This document shows, one piece after another, positions 1-11,595 of a stretch of 64,000 nucleotides of DNA. The position numbers and the translations under genes were made by a program. The notes below the pieces were generated by a model. It did no database searches. It was not told the origin of the DNA and saw nothing but the letters and a program-made list of their open reading frames with translations. Origin of the DNA: Tubulanus polymorphus (Eukaryota; Animalia; Nemertea); NCBI RefSeq assembly GCF_964204645.1, contig NC_134030.1, positions 20,792,210 through 20,856,209 on the forward strand. Direction: 5' to 3'. Each line of letters begins with the position of its first letter. Within the stretch, counting starts at the first letter, position 1.

Positions 1-370
1 AAAATCAGTCCATTTTCAATTACTTCAACTCTACATTCAAAATCAGTCCATTTTCAATTACTTAAACTCTACAGTCAAAATCAGTTCATTTTCAGTTACT
101 TCAACTCTATATTCAAAATCAGTCCATTTTCAATTACTTAAACTCTACAGTCAAAATCAGTCCATTTTCAATTACTTAAGATCAACAGTCAAAATTCGTT
201 CATTTTCAATTACTTGAATTCTACAGTCAAATTCAGTTCATTTTCAGTTACTTCAACTCTTTATTCAAAATCAGTCCATTTTCAATTACTTTAGATCAAC
301 AGTCAAAATCAGTTCATTTTCAATTACTTGAATTCTGCAGTCAAAACCTGTTCATTTTCAACTTTTACGG
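1..370. repeat. 38-bp minisatellite, ~9.5 copies (truncated by window start)
   Basis: Unit AAAATCAGTCCATTTTCAATTACTTCAACTCTACATTC starts at 1, 39, 77 and onward. Core AGTTCATTTTCAAT is shared with the ~110-bp MITE at 14138 and 14980. Confidence 0.95.
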
Positions 371-805
371 ACAAAACGAGCTTATTTTCAATTACATGTA
401 CAACAATTACGTTCTAGGGTTGAATTTTCAACGTGGACCAATAGATCAACAGGACAATGTAGTAATTTGTCATCAAACTCTTCATCGTAAACATAATGAA
501 CATATAAGACACGTGCTTCCTTGCATGAGATATCAACAACATATGGGGCCAATATTGTACCAGATCAACAATGTTGGCATGAATGCCTCTTGTTAATTCA
601 TAGTTACACCAATGTTATTCGAAAATCATTGTTTCCAAAATCATCGTATCTAATCATTGTGCCCACGTTGTTTGCGTTATGGGTGGTTTTATTCGACGGT
701 AGTGATTAGAGCTTGACATATTCCGGTTACGACATATGTGATAAGATAAAAACCTACTACTAATTAAAAGAATCTAAAAAAAAAGAAATTTATTTCAATA
801 ATCAA

Positions 806-930
<125 letters not shown>

Positions 931-1137
931 AAGACCCGACGTTACGAACTCTCAATATATATCATGATCGTCAGACCAGGGAAAGTTTGAGACTTCGAAA
1001 TCAATTTTCTAGCTTCTGGTACGATAACCACACTCAAACGTGGTGAACGGATAAAAAGATTAAAACCCACTATTTACAGATTAAAAGAATTTAAAATCAA
1101 GAATTTATTTATTCGAACAATCTAAAATACATGAAAT

Positions 1138-1217
1138 ACGCGACGTTTCGATCTCACCCTAGAGATCATCGTCAGGTGTGAGGTGTCAGGTGTGACCTGA
1201 CGATGATCTCTAGGGTG
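1138..1217 (-). ncRNA. Minimal type I hammerhead-like motif with inverted partial copy (Penelope-like element remnant)
   Basis: Minus strand reads CTGACGA-T-GATCTC-tagggt-GAGATC-GAAA-CGTC. Perfect 22-bp inverted repeat at 1155-1176 / 1196-1217. Stem I is short and has a mismatch. Confidence 0.55.
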
Positions 1218-2228
1218 CGACATATGTGACTGGTCACCGCAGCTAAGTGGCCACCACACTGACCTATCAAACGTTTTAACCTAATCTGTTGGTTAGTGCA
1301 TTTGTCTATCAGATGGTCGCCCCGGGTTCGATACCTGACTTTTTAAATCCTTCCTAATGGCTTTTTCCCTCCCTTTTGAGAATGACTTTTGGTATTAAAA
1401 TCTTCTTTTTGCTTCTCCTTTACTTGGACGATTTGCGAAACAAAAGAATGACATGAAAAGAAATTAATAAGATTAAGTTGAAAATCATATCGTTCTTGAC
1501 AAGGAACTGTTGTAGTCAGATAATGACAGATCTAAACCTCATTCTTTTTCATTGTCTTTTCTATCCTTTTGTTGTTTTTATCTATCTTCTTTTTTTCTTT
1601 TCAAGGGTGCTTGCTTGAGCAGCCCTTTGGCCTTCTCTTGGACTTCATACGAAAGCCTTCTCAATTTCATTCTTGTTCTGTTTGCAAATTATCTTATAAC
1701 ATACTCAATGAAAAAAATTGAAATTCAATTGAAATTGAAAGACGATATTTTTATTGAATAGCACACATTTGTTAATCAGTCAATCGGACTACTGTGAGCT
1801 GCGTTCACACCACCACTAGTTGATTACTTAGACCGGTCCAAATGGTTCCGTACCTGGAACGAGCCAAATTTGGAACGGACGAAATCAGTGTGCGGTCACG
1901 CACGCGTCGCTAATAAGCTACGTAGAGTTATGATTTGCCCCGCAAGATGTCGCCGTGGGTATTCTAATCCGTGAAAACATTTTTAATTTCAACTCATGGC
2001 TATCTAGATATTCTAAAAAATCCTACAATCAACTTTGCAAAATACATCAAAAAAGGTCTCCCTCTATATACCATAGAAATGGTTGGAGTGTAAATTTCCT
2101 AATCCTAATCCCGAGGTAAACATTTATATGATAGATTAATGAGTCCATGTCTGCTATTTATCTTACAAATTGTGATGACTGCAGTTGATTCTTATATCCG
2201 GAGACATCAATCTATCGTAAAACAAACC

Positions 2229-2330
2229 ATACCAATCAATACCATCACAATCTATGGGATGTATATACCAATCAATACCTTCACAATCTACGGGATGTAT
2301 ATACCAATCAATACCATCACAATCTATGGG
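2229..2330. repeat. 36-bp minisatellite, ~3 copies
   Basis: ATACCAATCAATACCATCACAATCTATGGGATGTAT repeated. Confidence 0.9.
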
Positions 2331-2556
2331 TTCTATTGACAGTGCTATGACTGTTATAACAAGAAAAATGTTTGAAGACATCAGGAGAAATTGCAGTTCT
2401 GATTCAGGAGTCGCCCTTTTAGACCCTATGAACAATTTTCTACCACTCATTTTCTTGGACCTCTTACCAGAGAAAAAACAAACAATAAAACGAAAATAAA
2501 GTCTATTTTCTACGATAGTTTTATGATTTATTTCTACTTCAGGACAAGGACAGTGA

Positions 2557-3830
2557 TCAGTAGTGATAACGGTGTCCGTGGTAACGCGGGTAAGCATGAC
2601 CGCCGTGGTAATATCCACCGCCAAAGAATGGAGGAGGCGCGATGAATCCGTATTGTGGACCATGGGCGTGGTACGGAGCATATCCATCCTTGTATCCACT
2701 TTTGTAGGTGTTCTTGGTGTAGGTGTCCTTTGCCTTATAACCTTTGTCTTTGCCATAACTGTCTTCGTAACTCTCTTTGTAGCTGTTTTTGTTTGAAAGA
2801 AAAGAAAATAGTACTAAAATGTGTAATCATTAGTCAGTTTATACTGTGTCGTTTCACATTACAGTACACTGATCGAGGAGCCATGTCTTAGTCCAGAAGA
2901 CTAGTATTAATCTAGACTATTCACGAGGTTGTTACATCGGTTATAGAGAATCAGCTTAGACTGGTCTAGAATTGATAGTTTGGTTGAACCAAAATGAGCT
3001 TAGACAGGTCTCAACTTGTTACTTTTGTTATAGAAACAAGTGGCCCTGGTCAGATTGGTTAGAGAACCCAGTAGAACTGAAATGTACTCAGACTGGTGTT
3101 CAAATCGCAGAACTAGCTCCGCAGCTGGCAAAATGGTTCTTGTCTACCGTTTGCCACGGTAACGCCACATGAAATAAGTTGTGGAAACAAACTTTGGTTC
3201 ATAAATGTAAAAAAGGGATCGCGTTTTGACTGAGCCCTGATAGTACCGGTATTTATATACTACCTAGAAGTCTAATATTTGCTAAGCTTTAGCAAGTAGG
3301 TGTCCCATTGTTACAGAAGACACCAGTGCCATACCTATCATCCTCATAGCTTTCTCCATAGCCATCATCATAGCTCTCCTCGTAGCCATCATCATAGCTC
3401 TCCTCGTAGCCATCATCATGGCTTTCCTCGTAGTCATCATAGTTTTTCTCATAGCTTTCACCATAGCCATCATCATAGCTATCTTCTTCTGAGCCGTTGT
3501 AGTCTTCATCGTAATAGGTGCCTTCATCGTCGTATGAGGTGCAGTGGTCTCCACAATATTTCGGTGGATCGTTCGGTTCATAGCGATAATCAGTATACTC
3601 TGTAAGCAAAATGAGCAGCGTCTTAATACGTTAGAGTTAAGAGAATTAAGTGGTTTCCCAGATTTTAAACATTCCTCTTAGTAACCAATGAGTCCAACAA
3701 TTACACGTTTTCCATGCGAAGTTCGATCCTCTAAACTCACTTTGAGAAATTGGGAGTACACGCAATACTTACTGTAACTGGCGGCAGCCACGGCTACAAG
3801 AGCCATCATGACAAGGAAAACTAACTTCAT
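2557..3830 (-). CDS. Secreted Tyr/Asp/Glu/Gly/His-rich low-complexity protein (~182 aa, 3 coding exons)
   Basis: Exons 3830-3773 (MKLVFLVMMALVAVAAASY signal peptide), 3599-3335 (GYEESYDD repeats) and 2782-2557 (SYKESYEDSYGKDKGY...GGGYYHGGHAYPRYHGHRYHY*). All introns GT-AG with matching phases (1, 2), 549 nt in total. AATAAA at 2532-2527. Confidence 0.88.
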
Positions 3831-4036
3831 CCTGTAGACAACAAGAAACATATTCCCTACACATTTTTACCATATTCAGTACGTACGCAACAACCGAATC
3901 GTACAAGCGATAAGAAAGGTGCTGAACAATTAACGCATGTTCGATCGAGTTTTCTGTACGCCGAAATTCGTTTTGATTGTGAATAGATTTCAGATGTAAC
4001 AGTACAGGATTCCACAATTAACCAACAGACACGTAC

Positions 4037-4103
4037 CTGATACTAACAGGGCGGCTCTTTTCCGAGATAAGACGCTGAACGGTTTTCGTGTTTGGTTTAT
4101 ATA
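4037..4103 (-). promoter_or_regulatory. TATA box, initiator and non-coding first exon of the Tyr-rich gene
   Basis: TATATAAA at 4103-4096, TCAG initiator-like site near 4076, donor CAG|GTACGT at 4037/4036, acceptor at 3833-3832 just before the ATG. Confidence 0.7.
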
Positions 4104-4367
4104 CGCGTTTTGGGGGGATATGAATCATTTACACAGGTGAAGTTTATTTCTTATTTTCGCGTGGTTTATTTATTACGACTTCTACGTTGAATTCGGTCAT
4201 AAATCGTTTTGTATCACTTGCAACTGTCCACTACCCGTAATCTATGTATGTATGTACCTGTAAGTAAACGACGTGAATGAACTGGTTCGATTTCGCAATG
4301 TTGCCGCCGTTGCGCTTCTCGGTGAAGTAGAACATCAAAATCCGTTTAACTATATGTACTTAAGTTA

Positions 4368-5010
4368 TACAGTGGAAGCTCGGTTACAACGAACATCACG
4401 GGACCAGAAAATCTGTTCGTTATAACCGATAGTTCTATATACAGCGTAACCTCGTTACAACGAACTTCACGGGACCAGAAAATCTGTTCGTTATAACCGA
4501 TAGTTCTATATACAGCGTAACCTCGTTACAACGAACTTCACGGGACCAGAAAATCTGTTCGTTATAACCGATAGTTCTATATACAGCGTAACCTCGTTAC
4601 AACGAACTTCACGGGACCAGAAAATCTGTTCGTTATAACCGATAGTTCTATATACAGCGGAACCTCGTTACAACGAACTTCAGGAGACCAGAAAATCTGT
4701 TCGTTATAACCGATAGTTCTATATACAGCGGAACCTCGTTACAACGAACTTCAGGAGACCAGAAAATCTGTTCGTTATAACCGATAGTTCTATATACGGC
4801 GGAACCTCGTTACAACGAACTTCAGGAGACCAGAAAATCTGTTCGTTATAATCGATAGTTCTATATACAACGAGACCTCGTTACAACGAACTTCAGGAGA
4901 CCAGAAAATCTGTTCGTTATAACCGATAGTTCTATATACAGCGGAACCTCGTTACAACGAACTTCAGGAGACCAGAAAATCTGTTCGTTATAACCGATAC
5001 TTCGTTATAT
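4368..5010 (+). repeat. 71-bp tandem array (~9 copies) of a pogo/Tigger-like MITE end
   Basis: Unit TACAGCGGAACCTCGTTACAACGAACTTCAGGAGACCAGAAAATCTGTTCGTTATAACCGATAGTTCTATA. TA+CAG start resembles Tc1/pogo TIRs. Confidence 0.85.
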
Positions 5011-6732
5011 TCAGTATGAAATATTATTTACAAGCTGCAGATCGAAGATATTGTCTGGACCTGGAGGAGAGTTCTTGTCCCTTTTCGTAATTAAAGTTGT
5101 TACCGATTACATACAGATTTCGTATCGAAAGAACATGCGACCGTTAATACGAATCAACCAATCAGCGAACCGCCAGATAAAACTACTACGTCAAATCATT
5201 TTTTCTTTAAATCTATAAAGCAACGAATCTTTGTCTTTTATTTTCATACAAAATCTACAAAATGTTTCTTAACCCGTAGTTACGTGATCGACATACACAA
5301 GCTCATACAGTATTACAAAACAATTTAACGTAAATCAAATGAATTCATAGAAAAAAAAGAATTTCACAATGTATTTGATATATACAGAATTGAAGCCATT
5401 TTCTTGTTTACGCGTTGAAATACATGTGTCACATAATGTTTATTCTACGTCGATTTGAGACATTTGTTACGGAAGAGAAGAAATAATTGATTTCACGTAA
5501 AAGCTGCCTTCGAAGGAATTTACTATCACACGTATAATACGGTACAACAATTCCGTGGAGTAGGTTTTTTGGGGGGCCATTACACGGTACCTATTTCTGA
5601 ATTGGATATGATATCTATTACGATTCATGGATTTTGACAGTTCAGCGATAACGGTATGGGAATTAATGGGGTAGTGGCAAGCGAAATTTCATCATCATCC
5701 ACCGCTAGGTGTCGCTAGTGTGCAGTACGACCCGCAATATTTGTATATATTGTTCAAGTTATTATCAGTTTTACTTTATAGACGATGATTTAATTTTTGT
5801 TAATCCTCTATGTACCAAAAGTTTTGGTTAGAATGTAATAAACTAACTTATCTTATCTTACGTCGATGCTGGATTTCTTCTCAAACTCAACTAACAGTAA
5901 TTTCTCAAATACTATGCATGATGTACCCAAAATTGTGCCACGTATGAACTCTAAACACTAATACGAGTTTATCTAGACTGAAAGATCAAAGTTACTTGAA
6001 AATGAACTAATTTTGATCGAGTTGATATCTCAAAAGGCGCCATCTGACGGGATAGCTGATGTACCGGTACCCCATCGGAACTGTTGTGTAGATAGTTGAT
6101 CGGTTACCATACCATGTAATTAACAATATCAGCAACTTGCTAAAATGCTTTCAGACATTTAACACCAAAGCCGCGATCCCGATTCAGCCCGGGAAAATTG
6201 GCGCGATTTTGCCAGTGCCTAATTAGAGAGCGCGTTCACACGTAAACCACTCACTCGGTACTAAAGAATAATTCAATTCGCTTAATCAAAGCGAATTGAA
6301 TCAATTCCGGAACCTGCAGCAATTCATGACGCTCGTCTGAACGCAGCTTTAGTGTATGAAGTGTGCACGACCAGTTTTGAAAAGTGTGCTGATAAAAAGT
6401 CTAATATCTGGTGTTTGTATTTTCAATTAGAAATATCTCAGGTGAAGCACTGAACAAATGTGAAGTGTGGCCGATCAAAACTTGAATGTTGATAAAGTAT
6501 CAAAATTTCCGAGATGTAGAGGTGGTTCTGATACCTGCACGAGTTCTGCCATATTTCACACTACCAGCGCGTATGTTTACATAATGTACATTACGATATA
6601 ATAAAAAAGAGAATACAGAAAAAAAAGTTCATCCGATTTTGCTCTGACATCAGGTGTTTATCCGATATATCAACCGACTGTCGATGAATTTATAGTTGGA
6701 ACACCTGTCGTCGGACGCACGGCACCACCTGA

Positions 6733-9700
6733 TCAACTGAACGGCAACTCGGTCGCTATATAGTCATCGGTCTCTTCGACGAAACGCGTCGGAGCAGCCC
6801 GGTTCGAGTCGGCGGTCGCCTCCATTTCGACCGCTTTCAAAAGCATCTGAAACATACTCGGCTGCGGTTCGGCCGGTTTGTTAGCGCTATAGGCGACGCC
6901 CAGCGGCCGAGGCACGGGCGATTCCGTACGGCCGACGAACGACAACTCGCTATCGGAGCAATCCTCTTCCGCGTCGTAATACTCGTCGTCGCCGTCCTCG
7001 TCATCGTCGTCGGTGACGTCATCGTTATTTGCGCGCTTGCTCGCCGAGTGGATGGCGTTTAATCGCATTTTGTAATGACGAAAGCCGATCGGGGCGTTCG
7101 GCATTCTCACCGCGTAGTTATTCAAAGCGCAGCGGAAGTTTGCCTTCCATTTTTTCGGATTCTCATTTTTGCTGTCGTATTTATCTGAAATAAACAGAAA
7201 CACAAACAATTCAGTAAACTACGAATACAGATCGTATCAGTCGGCACCAGGTGTTTTATCCACCGAAGCCACAATACGGTATAAGTAAGAATACAGCATT
7301 GTACAAGACAGCACTTAACTATATACAAAAAATACCCCTTTCTAGAATCACAGGGAAAATTGTGCTTTCGTTTTTACAGAAATTGCCCTCTCCAGATGGA
7401 AAGTCTTGATTACGATAGCCTCTTAACACCCAGGGCCCAGTTCCACAGTTCTGAGTTAAGATTTAGCGCTGAGTTAATTCATTGAAAATGAACTGATTTT
7501 AACTCAGAGTTAACTCTAACTCACAACTGTGGAACTGGATCCTCATGGACAATCATATGGCTCAGATTCATGACCGATCTAAGACCGACTTAATCGCTAT
7601 ATCCTTGATCGCTATATACTTAATCGCTATATCCTTGATCGCTATATACTTAATCTACTATAATAGCCGATCTCAAAACTAAGACTAGTCTAAGCTTATT
7701 TCAGTTCTACATGTATAACCAACCTAACAACTTTGGACTAGTCTAAGCTCATTTTGGATCTAACAGCTTAATACGCTAAAGATTGAAGACCACTTTTGGA
7801 CTTTTCACCTGAACTCAATCTTAGTCCAGTCTAAGCTTCGTGCATTGTCTCAAAGTTGAAGCTGGTTCCACTAGTTCCCGCCTATACTTACTGGTATGAA
7901 TCGCCCATCGCTTGAAGATGACCGCGTCGTCATTGATCCAATTGGCAGCGCTGCGATGACGCCACGGCAACTGTAGAATCGTTCTATCCCTATCGACCCA
8001 TTTCAATCCGGGAATCTCCCTGGAGTTCACCTGTACGGCCAGCCAATCGGGCATCCGGAATTGCTTCCTTTTCCGCAGCTTAATCGGAAGTTTCGTCGAA
8101 GAGGCGGCGGATGCTTGGTTGACTACCGTCGGTATGGCCGATCCGTCATCGTCGTCGTCAGAACTGCCTTCGAAATCTAAGTCCGAAATTTTGCTGATAG
8201 GGGGCGCCCGGGTACACTGTTCGGGTTTTCCCCGTCCTAAGATACGTATTCGTTTACTCGGCTTTCGCGGCGAATACTGACGTCGTTTCGGCCACCGACT
8301 CGAACAGGCCGCAGTCCCCATAATTCGCTTTTCACCGTCGGAATTACTATTTGAAACGGCTTCAGCCGGCGCGGAAGACAAACGTAAATTCCGGACTCTA
8401 GATGGCGTCGTAGTCGATTTAGAAGGTATATTGTGGTTTGATTTGCTAGTTTTGTCGCGTGTAAACCCGCTTGGCTGTGGTTTAATGACAGTACGCACAG
8501 TCGATCGGATTCCACGGGAGGTATTTCCGTATTTCGACGTCGATTCGCTTACACTAGTCATAATTTCGAATTTAACGGCGCTGTCTACCGGCGTCGCGGT
8601 AGGCGGCGCTCTTTCGACGCTGACGTCAGAACATTCGTCGTCTGCCGGTTCTGATTTAATAACGACGGGAAAGTTCGTCTGCACTAGAATCGGCGTGAAC
8701 GCTTCGGTTTTACCCTCGAGCTCATTCTCGGTCTCCTGAGCCCGGTCAGTGACGTCGCGCGTATCCAATAAACGCGACATAAGCTCAGCCGAACGCGACT
8801 GGCCAGGTTGCGAAAACTCGCGTTTTCTCGCAAAATCTCGCGCGTACGCGATTTTCAACGCCTGCGTACCGGTTCGACCGGTCGTTAGGACGTTCCCGCT
8901 ATCCGAGTTTCTATCCGTATGTCGTGAGACGGCGGTCGAGTCGGGACGAGTCAATACGGGGCGAGGTATGTCCGACGACAAGGCGGGACTCGCGACGAAC
9001 GGGTTAACCGACGGCGTAGAAACTCGAATGATACCGCCAGCAGCCGGGCGCGGTATACTCAATCCGAGATTAGCCGGGGAGGGTATTGTTAGTCTCTCCT
9101 CTGCTGTTGGAGACATATCTACCGGTTGAGATTCGGACCGGCGGTCAGTTCGTTTACCGGCCAGGTACGACTTCAACGCGTGCATGCCACTGGTCCCTGG
9201 CGAATCGAGCGAACCAGGCCGGATAGGCGCGTCGACAACGGGCACCGGGATCGTGAACGCATCCGACGATTGCGAATCGGTGCCGGTAGATGACGCTACC
9301 GGTGTCGGTATTTCGCAGTCTTTACCGCTGGTCTTGCTTTCCACGCTCAGGTCGAGCGGCAACTCGTCGGAGTCGACCAGAAACTGGTCGCAATTTATAA
9401 CCGACGACCGGCGCGCCACGTCGGCATGCGCGCCCTCTATAACCGGGCTACTATCCGACAAACTCAAACACGACCCCCCGCTAAGCTGTAAATAATTCAA
9501 GCTATTCGCGTCCGCTTTAAACACGGGGGGTGAAGATAATTTCAACGGCGCCAGACCGACCGGCTTCGAGCACGGGATGTCCAATTTGACGACGGCGGCG
9601 CCATCTAGCGACTTAGTAGACGCGGGTTTGATTCTGGCGATGGACGCCATCGATCGAATGACGGCGTCTGACGACGGCTGTAGTGGATCTAGCGGAATAA

Positions 9701-10103
9701 CCATCGGACCATCCGGGTTGTGCACGTCGACTTTCATATTCTCGACCGGTACGGGAATATTCAAACGCCGTATGTCATCGTCGATGGATACGTCACTCAA
9801 CACGGCCGCCGCGTCAGTAAGCTCCTCCTTCTTTATAATGGCGTCGTAATAGTCCGCCCCGCCCACTTCGCGTATCGTCTGCTGTAGCTGCGGTACGGGT
9901 AGAATCTTTATCTCGAACAAAGCGTCGGAAGTGTTGGCAGATTCATCGTTAACGCGTCGACCGATATCTGTCGGGTTCGGCTCGGTTTTGAAGAGTTTAT
10001 CGTCGCTTCTAGTTTCGGCAGCGATCGGTGCCGCTTTATCCCTGCTCTTGCATCGACGACCGACTCGGCCAGCGCGGCCAGAATCTACGAATTTCTTTTC
10101 CAT
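6733..10103 (-). CDS. IRF-family transcription factor with C-terminally placed DNA-binding domain (~887 aa, 2 coding exons)
   Basis: Exons 10103-7892 and 7184-6733, joined by a phase-1 GT-AG intron. The spliced domain FRMPDWLAVQVNSREIPGLKWVDRDRTILQLPWRHRS..FKRWAIHT|NKYDSKNENPKKWKANFRCALN is an IRF tryptophan-pentad DBD. An in-frame stop lies just upstream of ATG 10103; acceptor at 10127-10126. Confidence 0.9.
7433..7542. mobile_element. ~110-bp palindromic MITE (PIF/Harbinger-like ends)
   Basis: TIRs CCAGTTCCACAGTT...AACTGTGGAACTGG. Further copies at 14138-14247 and 14980-15092. Superfamily is inferred. Confidence 0.8.
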
Positions 10104-10231
10104 CTTCGATCAACGTTCGTCATTACTAAAAATATAAACCGATAAGAAATGTTACCGATCAGAAATCGCAATCAACGTTTCAAAATATCGTTGGCCGCCA
10201 TATTGGGTTTCCGTCTTTAATGCGACCAGCC

Positions 10232-10650
10232 AGGATCCACCAGGTGCCGCTAGTGAGCAGTAGGGCATCAAATACTGCGGCAATAGTGGATTCCACTTGT
10301 GGCAAATAAGGATCCACCAGATGTCGCTAATGTGCAGTAGGGCATCAAATACTGCGGCAATAGTGGATTCCACTTGTGGCAAATAAGGATCCACCAGATG
10401 TCGCTAGTGTGCAGTAGGGCATCAAATACTGCGGCAATAGTGGATTCCACTTGTGGCAAGTGAGGATCCACCAGGTGCCGCTAGTGAGCAGTAGGGCATC
10501 AAATACTGCGGCAATAGTGGATTCCATTCGTGGCAAGTGAGGATCCACCAGGTGCCGCTAGTGAGCAGTAGGGCGTCAAATACTGCGGCAATAGTGGACT
10601 CCACTTGTGGCAAGTGAGGATTCACCAGGTGTCGCTAGCGTGAAGTAGGA
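10232..10650 (+). repeat. 77-bp satellite carrying CTCF-like motif, ~5.5 copies
   Basis: GGATCCACCAGGTG(T/C)CGCTAGTG...TTCCACTTGTGGCAAGTGA unit with period 77. Confidence 0.95.
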
Positions 10651-11595
10651 CATGAACAGTAGAATGGCAGTAGACTTGACGAATGAGGATGCACTATAGT
10701 AGGCCTATATACTAATGAAGAATGATCTAGAATCTATCTGTATCTTAGAATAGGCCCGATACACGTCACTCTCGGCCTAACGTGATTGACATACAGATAA
10801 TTATTATAATCAAATAGTTGATAAGTTTTATCCGTATGAGCAAGTGAATTATGGTAAGCATGATAAACTCTCTCATTTCTGGGAGATGAACATATCATCG
10901 GGAATAGCTCAACATCATGATTATGTTCAGGGAAAAGCGCATCCCCCCGTGGTGCGGGAAAAAAAGCCTCTCAACTGAAAGAAGCCGGTTACAAAGTGGC
11001 ACAAATATCGAACCATAATGACTTAAGAATTTAGGTTTTAAAAGGAATGTGAAATATGTTCCCTAATGATGAAAGCATAGGGAGTTGACATATAAAGCCT
11101 CCAGTAGCAGATAAGATAGGACCCAGGTCCCCGAGGTACACGGCTTTACAAATGTGTTCTTACAAATTCATTAAACACTTTGCATACTGCACTGTTGCAG
11201 ACTTATTCTTTAAATTCATAATAAGTCATAGTACCCGCCCTGAGCTAAGCCAGGTGTTTGATCCCTGTAAGGGGTCACCCCTCTCGGGGGTAACATTTCA
11301 ATCATAACTTGTACGTATGTGTCTATCGCTTTAACTCTAGTCGTATTATAATCGATATTGGCAGTCTACACCCATGCGCCATCTATCCGATTTGGCTGTC
11401 ATCGACGTTGTGTCTTAAAGGGTTTAGAGGTCGCTGGGCACCGTAACAATTCGGTATATTGTAAATTCATTGCACTGTGGCAAGTGAGGATCCACCGGGT
11501 GTTGAAGGGCGTGTAAGTGGAGGAAAACCTTCCTCGGGCATATTCATAAGAACCTTTAGAGTTTACGGGGCGATACTATCGGGACATCCTCCTCC

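Noticed and set aside
1290-1340. tRNA-like sequence with GGTTCGATACC
   Set aside because: No complete cloverleaf or acceptor stem. At most a SINE or pseudo-tRNA fragment.
1400-1700. Lys-rich minus-strand coding-like patch
   Set aside because: Short, contains stops, no identifiable domain.
2163-2756. 197-aa minus ORF
   Set aside because: Alternative frame over the true last exon, running through a polyA signal and a 36-bp minisatellite.
4368-5010. CRISPR-like regular repeats (also 35895, 52188, 56617)
   Set aside because: Units are contiguous with no unique spacers, there are no cas genes, and the context is eukaryotic.
10860-11200. Possible LINE ORF2 3' remnant
   Set aside because: Only a faint resemblance and interrupted by stops. 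It needs a profile search.
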